Shown here: piece by piece, positions 10,499 to 21,514 of the stretch | Layout of the letters: each line of letters starts with the position of its first letter | Numbering within the stretch: the stretch's first letter is position 1 | From: Epithemia pelagica | Taxonomy: Eukaryota; Protista; Bacillariophyta | NCBI GenBank assembly: GCA_946965045.2 | Contig: OX337229.1 | Coordinates: forward strand, 62,001 to 126,000 | Length of the DNA stretch: 64,000 bases | Reading direction: 5' to 3' | The notes under the pieces: generated by a model | Seen by the model: the letters and a program-made list of their open reading frames with translations, nothing else | Databases searched by the model: none | Told to the model about the DNA's origin: nothing | Position numbers and translations under genes: made by a program

Positions 10499-10631
10499 GC
10501 AATGGCATTACAGATATCAATGGCCATGCCTTGGATTTGCGCTCCATGAATTCTTGGACGAGTAAACTGGAACCAGTGTCGACGCCGGAAGTCGTCGAAT
10601 GCATGTTTGTCCTTGATTCATAATTGCCTCT

Positions 10632-11820
10632 CATGCACTTGGTCTGGTGAGAACAAGAAGAGGGCCATCTCTCATGCACTTGGTCATAGTTTTTGTATTT
10701 CTGGAGACTTTTTTGGAGAGACGAAGAACCTTTTGGTTTGGCGACAGGAGAGAGCGAAATTCAAACGAGAGTGCGAAATCCAAACGAGAGTGCTAGCTAG
10801 CCTGTGTGGATCTATGGGCAACCGAACAAGGAAACTATTGAATCATCTTCATCATCAAAATGTTGCGACTCCTCTCGACTCAACCCTATTATCATACAAC
10901 AACCAAAACAACAAGGTAAACCATTACCATACAAGCAACAAGAAGAACCGTTGCTTGTCCCACAATCAAGAGACATGGCGCCACTTTCGACGAGGAGGAG
11001 GAGTGGCTGTCACCCGCAGGATTCTGACATGGTGGGGCAGCAATGGATCGACACCACCAACAACAAAAATACGCCTCGACGACGAATGGCGGTACTAGTC
11101 CTGTTTCTGTGAGTCGGCCAGTTCTCTTATCAAAAAGAACAACCAGACCAAGGGGCGGCCACCAACAACCCATCCAGGCAAACACGCACCTTGTGGAAGT
11201 CTGTTGTGGATTCAAATGCTTTCTTCCCAATTCCGCCACCCTCCAAACCTTTTCGTCTTCTTGCCATCGCCACAATCGCCATGCAAAGACCGAAACCAAC
11301 AAGCGCCGCAGCACTAGCAGTCATGCGCAAAGCAACGACGGCGACAAGTACGGCGACGACAAGTACGACGAGGGACTACGAAATGAGGCTGGTTGAATGA
11401 GTAACAATGTGGCCGAAATTTGGAGCCATGGATTTCAATGCGACTATGGTGTCGATCCAGACATTGTGATATCGTCCTCGTCGTCGCCACATGCTACTAC
11501 ACCGAAAAACCAACCAAAAGAACCAGAGGACACTCCCCGGTATTTGTACAAGGAGGAATACGATCCAGACGAGAATGATGACGACATGAATGGCGACCAC
11601 CTCTTCCTGGCCGATCAACACTCCTAGAGGTACACTGGTAGACAGAGTTGTGTTCAAAACCAGAACGAAATGTTGTGGAACAATAATGTTGTACTCTCTA
11701 CTACTGCCGGATGATTCGCTTCGACCCACACTATTTCTTTCTCGTTGGCTGTAAGAAAACATCTGGGGACGGGGATTCTATCGGTTGCCCTATGGTGATC
11801 TCTTGTTGGAACTACCAAGT
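10632..11820 (+). pseudogene. Internally deleted copy of the RNase H gene with its 5' and 3' flanks
   Basis: Colinear with about 4525-7460 but missing about 5100-6535 and about 6771-7085. It has a TGA in the position of CGA just before MSNNVAE. Confidence 0.9.
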
Positions 11821-12239
11821 TTTTCGTGTCGTCCGTATGGCGCAAAAAATGGAAATGGATGGCGATGCTCATTCGGTTGTGCGGTGCGTTCGACTCAACG
11901 TATGGACGGGCTTACATGATGTCGACTAACCTAATCTCATACATCGGTCGGCATGCGCGAACCCCGGGGGAGTCTTCTATAGTCACAATACAACATAAAT
12001 GTCAGCCGTCAGCCATTGATCTCCTCGCGAGCTCCAATAATTGTTGGTGTATGAGATGCCAAGAAGGTATTACGAATGTTTCTACGAGGCCTCATCGTCC
12101 ACACAGCGTAGCTAGAGAATCCTCATTCCAGCACCGGAAAAGCATTAGACCTATTTACCGACAGTACAGAAGGATGGTGTCACACAAACAAGAATCTCGG
12201 CTATATGAAAAGAGCAGTCACAATCTAATCTTTGTGTCT

Positions 12240-15126
12240 CTATCCGGTGGCTGACGATGTGGGACTTTCCGTGGGAGCATCGGCCAGAGGAGGTGGTATG
12301 GAGGCAGCACGTGTGGGCAATTGCGGATGGTTCACGAGGCCCCCTTGCACGGTATGATTGGTATTACGATGCTGGCTGACGCGAGAAGGATGTGGCGAGG
12401 TACCAGGTGATACACTGGCGAGATTGGGCACATCACTGGTCACACTGCTTGTCGTGGACCGGGCTGGTCGAACACGGGACATGCGTTGCGATAAAATGGC
12501 TGCTTCCACGGCAGCCGTATTGGATTCGCAGGAAAACAAAGTCCAATCTTGGCCGCCACCACCTCCTGCTGCCGAGTATGGCAAGGCGCTCTCCCGAGGA
12601 GGATAGGATTCCGACCGATGCGACATTTGGTCTTCGGATTTATTGTTGCCACTTCCTGGACCATGAAGATTGAGCCAATAGGTTTCCATTTCACCCTTAC
12701 CCTTGGCCTGGACTGTACCCGATCGCTTTTGCAACCAATGGGCCTTGCCGCGAGATCGCAAGGCCTCGGCGGTTGTTTCCGAAACTTGGATTTTGCCTGG
12801 CATACCGGTGGATTCCAACCGAGACGTGGTGTTCATGGTATCTCCAAACAATTGGAATCGCGACTTTTGGCCCCGCAAGACTCCTCCCGTCACGGGTCCC
12901 GAATGAATCCCAATGCGCAATTCCAAATCACGACATTCCACACCCAACGAGTCGGACAACTTGCCATTCATGAGGGACCGCGTCTTTTGCAGACAATTGT
13001 GGGCAAACTTGGCCATGATGAGAGCGTGGTCTTCTTGAGCTGTGTTGTGTGAATGCACCGGAAAGAAAGAAACAATACAAAACAACAAGTCATGAGAAAT
13101 CATTTGTCCACTCAATACATTGCGTACAAGCAAGGGTATACAAGACACCTACGATTGGGCAATCCAGTGACGGCCACATAGCAATCACCAACGGTTTCCA
13201 CCTTGAACACTTTTCGTCGCATGGCAATGGCGTCAAAGGCGGCATACAAGGTTTCCAGCAATGTAAAGACTTGGACGGGCGTTCGTGCGGTACTCCATGC
13301 GGTAAATCCGGAAAGATCGGCAAACAAGACGGTTGTTTCGGGAAATTCTTCCGCAATGGGAGCGGTATCGGTTACCATACCAGCACCCACGGCGTCCATG
13401 CCTTCCACCTTGTCTTCGGTGGCCTTCCATTGTTGGGCCGCCGCATCCGCCTTTTTCGATTTGGATGGGACGGCAGCAGCCGTGTTCTTGTACAGGCGTT
13501 CCTTGACCCGTTCGGGGAACAGAGACGAGACAATGGCCCCCGAAATGACGGCATGTCCCATGACCTTCTTTTGGCGACGCTCCACCAAGATGGAAAATGC
13601 CACAAAGGTGAGACAGGTCGCCGCAAAGACGGCAATCGTGACCAACATGTACAACACTGGTCGGTTGGTTGTGTACGTGTCTTCTGTTTCTTGAGAAGGA
13701 TACACCACAAGTGTGTACGTCCCGTACTCTTGTTCCAAATGCGCTGTCATGTACGAGCGCGTCTCGGGAGATGCCGCCGCTGCACATTGGCATTCAACTG
13801 CGCCGTCACACCAAGATAGTTGAACTTGGGGTCGTGCAAGTCACCCGCTCCCATCCAAGTGGCCGTGCCGCCGTCGAGACGATACGAAACGGTCTGATTG
13901 AACGAGTTGGACAAGACGCAAATGTAGCCAACGGATCGAGACATGAGAATATCATCAAACAACATTCCCCAGTACAAATTGCTCCATAATGCGCCTCCCA
14001 ATTGTCTAGTTTTTCGATCAAAGGATGTAAAGACAGGGTATCCAAAAAAGGTGATGGGATCTTGCACGGTTTCTTCGTAATCGTGACGATATTGTCCAAT
14101 TTTCAGGTTGGAAGCAGCTTGCTGTTGCATGGCAGGGATGGGGACAATAGTACGTGCCAAGACTGCCTTTCCTTCCAAGAGATAGGGCAGGACTCCATTC
14201 ACAGCAGGAGTATTGTCAAAGTTCAAGTTTAGAATCTTTTGCTTGGATGGATTAATGGGAGAACGCTGCCAAAAGGGCATGAATTGGCCTGTTCCCTCCG
14301 GTTCTGCACCTTTGGGCGTTCGTGTTCCATTGGACCAGATTCGCAAATGATAGCCGGTGCAATCTTGCAAGACATTGGGGTCTGGTTCTTGTTCGGCGTC
14401 ACCCCCCGCTAAACTTCGGTCCGCATGGTGCGAACCTTGGTGGTGTTCGCTATTGTCATCTTCGGTATACCCCAAATCTTGATCTTGGAACAGTCTCATT
14501 TCTTGATCTTCCACAAAGGCTTGATCAATGTGTCCTCGGTGTTCCAGGGCATAATCTTCCCAGGCACTTCGCGTCGCGTCCGTAATGTACGGTGTGTAAT
14601 GGACGACAAAGGCATCGGCTTGCACCCGCATGTCGGCACCCAATTGCGCAAAGTGAGGAACTGTTACAAAGGGAAAGGTATGGTTGTTGGCCAAGGCATA
14701 CGAGGTAATGACCGTCGACAGGGTGTTGATGGCACCGATTCGTCGTTCCAAGGCATCGTTGAACGAGTTGATAATCATGTTGGCATTCGATTCGACCTGG
14801 TCTTCAAACTCTTGTTCCTCATCATTGCGTGTGTACATGTAAACACCGGCCGAGACCAGACCTGCGGGCATAAACAAGGCGAGAAAGACCACAATTCGAA
14901 GGGTAAAGACAGCGACACTCTCCTTGCCAGCCAAAATGTTGGTTTGCTCATCGGCTGCCGCCTTTTCGCGAGCAGCCGTTGGATTAAAGTCTGATTCTTG
15001 GTCTTCTTCCTCATCAAAGTTGGCTTCATCGTCCAAGGCGGAATCATGACTTACAACCGAAGAATCAGCTTCGTCCTCAAAACTATTTCCATTGCCGTTC
15101 GTGGCTTTACCGGCAAGACTTGTCAT
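12240..15126 (-). CDS. Receptor-type class III nucleotide (guanylate-like) cyclase with two TM helices; frameshift near 13780, possibly a pseudogene
   Basis: Motifs LFADLSGFTAW, KVETVGDCYVAVTGLP and LRIGIHSGPVTGGVLRGQKSRFQLFGDTMNTTSRLES. GT-AG intron 13040-13152 gives GLPNPQEDHAL. The frame changes near 13780 with no intron signal. Confidence 0.9.
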
Positions 15127-16952
15127 GGTAGCAGGGGAACGCTCACTGTTCTTTGCAGTGGTCGACACAATTTAGGTTAGTTGCTTCAGCGTCGCTCGCT
15201 TTGAAGGAAACGGACTATGACGAGGGGGATGCAAAAGGACAATGGCTTTGTTCTCACTGCAAAACGTAATCCTAATCTTCTGTATCTCGCAATCGGATTG
15301 ACTTTTCCATAACGATCATATTGTGGGCGTGTTTGGAACTATTTGCCTCATTTGGGTGTCTGTATTCGTAGCTATCACATGGTGCTTTCATAATAATGCT
15401 GTATTATCACCTCCTGTAGTTGACGAGTCATGAGTATGGTTCGATATACTTCCGTATTGTAGAATATGCCTTTGATATCGCTGCGGTGCTTTAGATTTCT
15501 AGTGCGTGTAGACATAGCTTTCCGGATCCCGGATATAGTTCACTCGCTTCCATACTTGCCAACATATTGCTTCAGTCCCTAGTCCCAACCAATAAACATG
15601 ACGGCCCGACCTCATCCGTTAGATAGGAGGACATTTCATATCGATATATAAATGTGCTTGACCCTTACCAGATTGCGATCTCTTCTTTGTTGCATTCTTC
15701 ACGTATTTGGCATTGATGGACGGCAGGGCGTCGAGCCTCATGCCGGCATTTGCAATAAATCAATTGGACTCCGAGTTTTACTGGTAAGTGAAAAGGGAAA
15801 GGAACAATAATCCTCTCTGGTTGGGTCTAGCAGACCCAATAAGTTAAATGCCGACAGGCAATTCCTCCTCTGTTTTATTATCCTTTTTTCTTCATAAGAC
15901 TGTTATTGGCTACTCGTAGTCTTATTCTGGCTCGAGTTTCGCACCTACTCCTACCAGCTAGGACCTAGGTACCACCTGTCATTTCAAAAGAGTCCTACGA
16001 GTAACAACATTATGGCGTTCAGTTGACCGTCCGTGGTCCGTGTCCGTGCGGCAGAGTTTTTGAGTCCCACACCAAGAGTTTGTTTGGTTGGTCCTTTTTC
16101 GGAAATGTCCATCGACTCTTTTGGTGGCGATTGGGGGAAATGCGATCCGCTCATGTTTTGACTGGCTGCATTGTTCCAGTAACCGCGTTGGTTGACCATG
16201 CCAACCCTACCCTTTGTCGTCTATTCGTAATTATTTCTCACGTTTCTGGTGATAGTAGTTGCTTGTCGTCTACTCACAACATTGCCTTGTACTGGAAGAA
16301 CGTACCACCAACCACCAACGAACGTCATAATACGAGCTCGTATTCGGACCAGTGGCATTCGTTTGATGGTGGAGTTCGCTTTGGATGTGTGTGTGCGTGT
16401 GTCACGCAGCAGTCCAGTCGGAGTTTCTTGTTTCTCGTTGTTGTTTGGGTTTCCGGTCGAGGCAACACACACAAACTGCCACTTCTTTGTTTGGATGACT
16501 CTGTAGGAGGGGACAAGAATACGGAAAGGAGCGGCTCTACGACTACCTACGAGTCGAGCACACTGCGACCGTTCGTCTTCGCCATTTGTGCTACGACGAC
16601 GATGACCACCGAAACTCTGGGTTTGGTTTGTTCGTGGACACTCTCGATGCGACACTCGTGGAGGTGTCGAATGTTGTTGCCACACTCCCAACGGATATCC
16701 AAACCAACCACAACTGGTTCGAAACATGGCTTGTTCGGCGGCCGCTGACAACGGAACAAGTAGATTGAGTTGACTGGCTGTCTTTTCTCTCTCACGAATG
16801 ATGGTGGTTGTTTGAAGAAGGACTTTTCGGATGAGGATAGTGACGGAAGTAAAGATGGCGAGGAGAAAGGTAAAACGATGCTGATGGCTGAAGCATACAG
16901 CAAGGGCCATTATCGATATCGCGTTACATACATTGGAAGTGGTCATGGTAAC

Positions 16953-18420
16953 ACTGCTGGTAAATGATGACACTGCTGATTGTGGGTTCCGTGATTCCGC
17001 CCGATTCTCTCCAGAGTCTTGAGAGAATCCTCGGTGGATTCGCTGAACTTACAATCAGCGTTGCTTGCTACACTTGTCCAGAAATGGAAGCAGCCTTTTT
17101 TGGTTCGTCGCCTTATACGTTGGGACAACCAGGAACCACTGCTGCTGATGTAATGATGACACTGCTGATTGTGGGTTGAGTGATTCCACCCGATTCTCTC
17201 CAGAGTCTTGAGGAGAGACTCGGTGGATTCGCTGAACTTACAATCAGCGTTGCTTGCTACACTTGTCCAGAAATGGAAGCAGCCTTTTTTGGTTCGTCGC
17301 CTTATACGTTGGGACAACCAGGAACCACTGCTGCTGATGTAATGATGACACTGCTGATTGTGGGTTGAGTGATTCCACCCGATTCTCTCCAGAGTCTTGA
17401 GGAGAGACTCGGTGGATTCGCTGAACTTACAATCAGCGTTGCTTGCTACACTTGTCCAGAAATGGAAGCAGCCTTTTTTGGTTCGTCGCCTTATACGTTG
17501 GGACAACCAGGAACCACTGCTGCTGATGTAATGATGACACTGCTGATTGTGGGTTGAGTGATTCCACCCGATTCTCTCCAGAGTCTTGAGGAGAGACTCG
17601 GTGGATTCGCTGAACTTACAATCAGCGTTGCTTGCTACACTTGTCCAGAAATGGAAGCAGCCTTTTTTGGTTCGTCGCCTTATACGTTGGGACAACCAGG
17701 AACCACTGCTGCTGATGTAATGATGACACTGCTGATTGTGGGTTGAGTGATTCCACCCGATTCTCTCCAGAGTCTTGAGGAGAGACTCGGTGGATTCGCT
17801 GAACTTACAATCAGCGTTGCTTGCTACACTTGTCCAGAAATGGAAGCAGCCTTTTTTGGTTCGTCGCCTTATACGTTGGGACAACCAGGAACCACTGCTG
17901 CTGATGTAATGATGACACTGCTGATTGTGGGTTGAGTGATTCCACCCGATTCTCTCCAGAGTCTTGAGGAGAGACTCGGTGGATTCACTGAACTTACAAT
18001 CAGCGTTGCTTGCTACACTTGTCCAGAAATGGAAGCAGCCTTTTTTGGTTCGTCGCCTTATACGTTGGAACAACCAGGAACCACTGCTGCTGATGTAATG
18101 ATGACACTGCTGATTGTGGGTTGAGTGATTCCACCCGATTCTCTCCAGAGTCTTGAGGAGAGACTCGGTGGATTCACTGAACTTACAATCAGCGTTACTT
18201 GCGACACTTGTCCAGAAATGGAAGCAGCCTTTTTTGGTTCGTCGCCTCATATGTTGGGACAACAAGGAACCACTGCTGCTGGTGAAATGATAACACTGCT
18301 GATTGTGGGTTCCGTGATTCCACCCGATTCTCTCCAGAGTTTTGAGAGAATTGATAGATTCACTGAACCCACAATCAGCGTTGCTTGCGACACTCGCCCC
18401 GAATTGGAATCAGCTGCTTG
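16953..18420. repeat. 189-bp tandem array (about 7.7 units, 8 hairpin copies)
   Basis: Exact 189-bp period (gctgattgtggg at 16975, 17164 ... 18298). Inner copies are near-identical and terminal copies diverged. Confidence 0.97.
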
Positions 18421-19383
18421 GTTCGTCGCTTCTCAGGAACCATGGTCGGCGGCTGGTGGCCGTGGCGTGGACGACTGCCGCCGCGGGTGCCATTGGAACT
18501 GCCGCTCTCTAGCTAGTAAGTACGTTGCTGCTTGCTGGAATCCTATATACGACGAACCAATGGCACTCTCGGAGGATCTGTGGATAAACGACCACCAACA
18601 CACTACTGTGGACAAATTGGTTCCGTGTGGTTGTGTTGTGTTGCGTTTGTAGCTATACTAGTAAAAGTTTCTGGGTTCCGAAACCTCCTCCTTCTCTACT
18701 ACGGAGTCATTGGTTTCGTATGGCAGGATACTTGACATGTGTGACGTTCCTGTTGGCTTGGAGCAATGGATTGGTTGCTCGGCTGAGAAAGGACCGATTA
18801 TTCCTTGTCCTTCCACTGGATTACACCATACCATTCTGGTTTCGCGCGTGGTGAATTGGGTGAATTGTCGCTCTATTACGAGCTGTCGGAGTCGACCATG
18901 GGCCTTGTGTAACTAGGAAGGCACGAGCCCGACCATTGCAACCGGTCCGACTGGTGCTACCCACATTCCATCACCATGGTGAGCGTTGCCGACAGGTCCT
19001 TGTTGCAACGACGGTGACTCGGAGATATTAGGTAGATCGACAGGGGACAATCGCTAGGACCGTGGCTCTAGAGGGTAGCTAGGTAGATAGACCTCTAGCT
19101 CTACTAGCTACCCAGACCAAACGTCCTATTGGGTAGACGCGACCTCTGAACCGTCTGTCCTTCCGTCTGTCACGTTGGATCCCGGTGCGACACGGGGTTG
19201 GTTAAAGTCCCCAACGCATCCCCACACGATCTTTCACCCGAGAGGTCAGGTGAGCGATTGGCGTTGGATTCTTGTTTCGACATCTTGTTGGTTGTATCCA
19301 AGAAGAGAAGTTCTTGTCAAAGAAGAAGAAGAAAATCAACAAGTACCTGGTAGAATCCAAACAACAACAACAACAGCAGCATC

Positions 19384-20442
19384 ATGACGAAAAAGAAAAA
19401 GGCTCGCAAATTGAAAAAACAACAGCAACAAGCATCTTCGTCGTCCTTGAATACGAGCAGCTCCAATCTTGGGGCATCCTCCACCAATACCACTCCTTCC
19501 AGTTCGCCCACCAACAAGGCCGCAACAGAAACCACCGCTACGAACAACTCCGCTTCGGCAGCTGTTGCAGCTGCAGCCTTGGCATCAACTGCAACCACAA
19601 CGACCGAGACAAACACTGCTCCTCCTCCAGCTACTACTAAAGAAGAAAACGTGGCACCTGCAGCAGCCTCTCCCGCAGAAGAACCAAAAGCAGCCGCCAA
19701 GGAACCAGAAAAAGCCACCGAGGAACCAGAGAAAATTGTCGAGGAACCCAAACAAGAAGAACCAAAAGAAGAGGAACCAGTCAAAGACGACGATAAAGCA
19801 GCAGTCGCCGAGGAGCCAGTGGCGACCGAGGCTCCCACAACCATTCCAGAACCAGCAGTAGCAGAGGAACCAACAGTAGCTGCGACAGAGGAACCAGCAG
19901 CAGAGGAACCAGAAGTAGCAGAAGAACCAGCAACCGAACCAACCACCACTCCCACTACCGAAACAACCACCTCTCCACCCCTTACGACAACAGAACCATC
20001 GGATCCAGGCACGGAACCTCCCTCGGACCCACCACAAACTCCTGCTGCCACCACCACCAAAGAGACGGACACAACGACCACTGTACCTCCGACAACACCT
20101 GGCAGTAAGGTGCAAGAACTCAAGAATCAATTGTGGGATCAAGGAGAATCCCTCAAGGTACGAGGGACACCCAGTGCGCATACGACGACTCCTTCCAAAC
20201 CAACCACCGCCGCCGACACCAACAATACCCAAGAAGCAACGACCACTACCACTGCCGGAACCGACTCGGCTTCTCCGTCCACCGAAACACCCGCTTCTCC
20301 GGCTCCCATGGCTCCGGCAACGGCTCCGGCTCCAGCCACCACTACGAACCAATCCAGAGCAGCACCGGCTTCGGCCTATGCGCCAAGTACCCCGGACGAG
20401 GAATCCAGCAGCAAGTTTTGTTGTGGCTGTACCATTCTCTAA
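19384..20442 (+). CDS. Pro/Thr/Glu/Ala-rich protein with N-terminal Lys cluster and C-terminal CaaX (KFCCGCTIL)
   Basis: 352-aa ORF with biased composition, ending C-T-I-L-stop. Confidence 0.8.
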   Translation: MTKKKKARKLKKQQQQASSSSLNTSSSNLGASSTNTTPSSSPTNKAATETTATNNSASAAVAAAALASTATTTTETNTAPPPATTKEENVAPAAASPAEEPKAAAKEPEKATEEPEKIVEEPKQEEPKEEEPVKDDDKAAVAEEPVATEAPTTIPEPAVAEEPTVAATEEPAAEEPEVAEEPATEPTTTPTTETTTSPPLTTTEPSDPGTEPPSDPPQTPAATTTKETDTTTTVPPTTPGSKVQELKNQLWDQGESLKVRGTPSAHTTTPSKPTTAADTNNTQEATTTTTAGTDSASPSTETPASPAPMAPATAPAPATTTNQSRAAPASAYAPSTPDEESSSKFCCGCTIL

Positions 20443-20665
20443 AGAAAAAAGAACAAGCACCAAAGAACAAGAAGAGCAACAAGACAAATGGGACGACGAC
20501 AAGGAGAAACCGTGTCGAACTGTATACGTGACTGTGTGTTGTAGATAGCATGATTCTATCATCAAACAACAACAATGACGATTCCTTTTCTGTACTATAT
20601 ACTAGACCATAGTACTAGCAGGAATAGGATCCCAGGGTCGCATCCAACAACGGAATGAGAACCAT

Positions 20666-20710
20666 ACCAAACCAAACCAAACCAAACCAAACCAAACCAA
20701 ACCAAACCAA
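20666..20710. repeat. (ACCAA)9 microsatellite
   Basis: Read directly from the sequence. Confidence 0.95.
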
Positions 20711-21514
20711 AACATACTGTTGGTTGTTGTTGTTGTTGTTGTCGTAGTTTGAGCGCACAGTTTGTGTACACCAGTCCCGTAGATTCTCGAGACCATGGGT
20801 GTGGCAGTGTCTTGTCGTCGTTACTCCTGGCTACTCCTCGAGTAGTAGAGGTTGAAAGAACGAGGTCTATACTCGTACAACCACAAGAACAAGAACATCC
20901 ATTCGATGACCTCTGCCGGCATCTCTCTTTCTCGCTACATGTTGTATAGGAGTAGTTGGCAGCACAGTGTCTTTCCGAATGGCGTCGGTAGAGGCAGGGA
21001 AGAGAGGCATAAGTTAGGAGTAAGGATAGGGGAAGAAACGAAGAAAGGAAGAGATAGATGTAGAGGTACATAGAGCGGGTAGAGAAATCACAGTATGTCC
21101 GCCGTCCGTGCCGAAAAAGTCGATCAACGTGGCCAAAGCAGAGACACACGTACTCCCCAAGTTTCTCCCTCCATCATCCTCGTCGTCATTATCAATTATC
21201 ATCCGAAATCATCCGGTCATTCGTCGTCGCATCCATCATTGAATCGATCCGAGAGAACGCGATAACCCCAATCTATTCTGTGTGGAATCAACGTCTTGTC
21301 GAACGACGAAAAGGACAACGACGATAGATACAGTATCCTTTGGATCCACCGTGTTGTTGCTTGATACTGTGAGGACGAACGAGAGAGCAAGAGAGAGACA
21401 ATGGATCGCACCATGCCGCAACAGCAACAGCAGCAACAACAGGATGAGAGTCATTTGGTACTGGGCATCCCTACTCCAATGACAAGAACCACAAACTCGA
21501 AACTATCGTGCCGA

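Noticed and set aside
16023-16967. ORFs upstream of the 189-bp array
   Set aside because: Fragmented across frames with stops and no recognisable domain. Possibly a relic, but not supportable.
17177-18124. Poly-selenocysteine protein from the in-frame TGA in each plus-strand unit
   Set aside because: The TGA aligns with Ser (TCC), not Cys, in terminal copies. No redox motif or SECIS was seen, and the upstream frame is closed.
16953-18420. CRISPR array interpretation of the 189-bp array or of the 50-bp palindromic units at 26178-26320
   Set aside because: No unique spacers (the units repeat in full), no cas genes, and a eukaryotic context.
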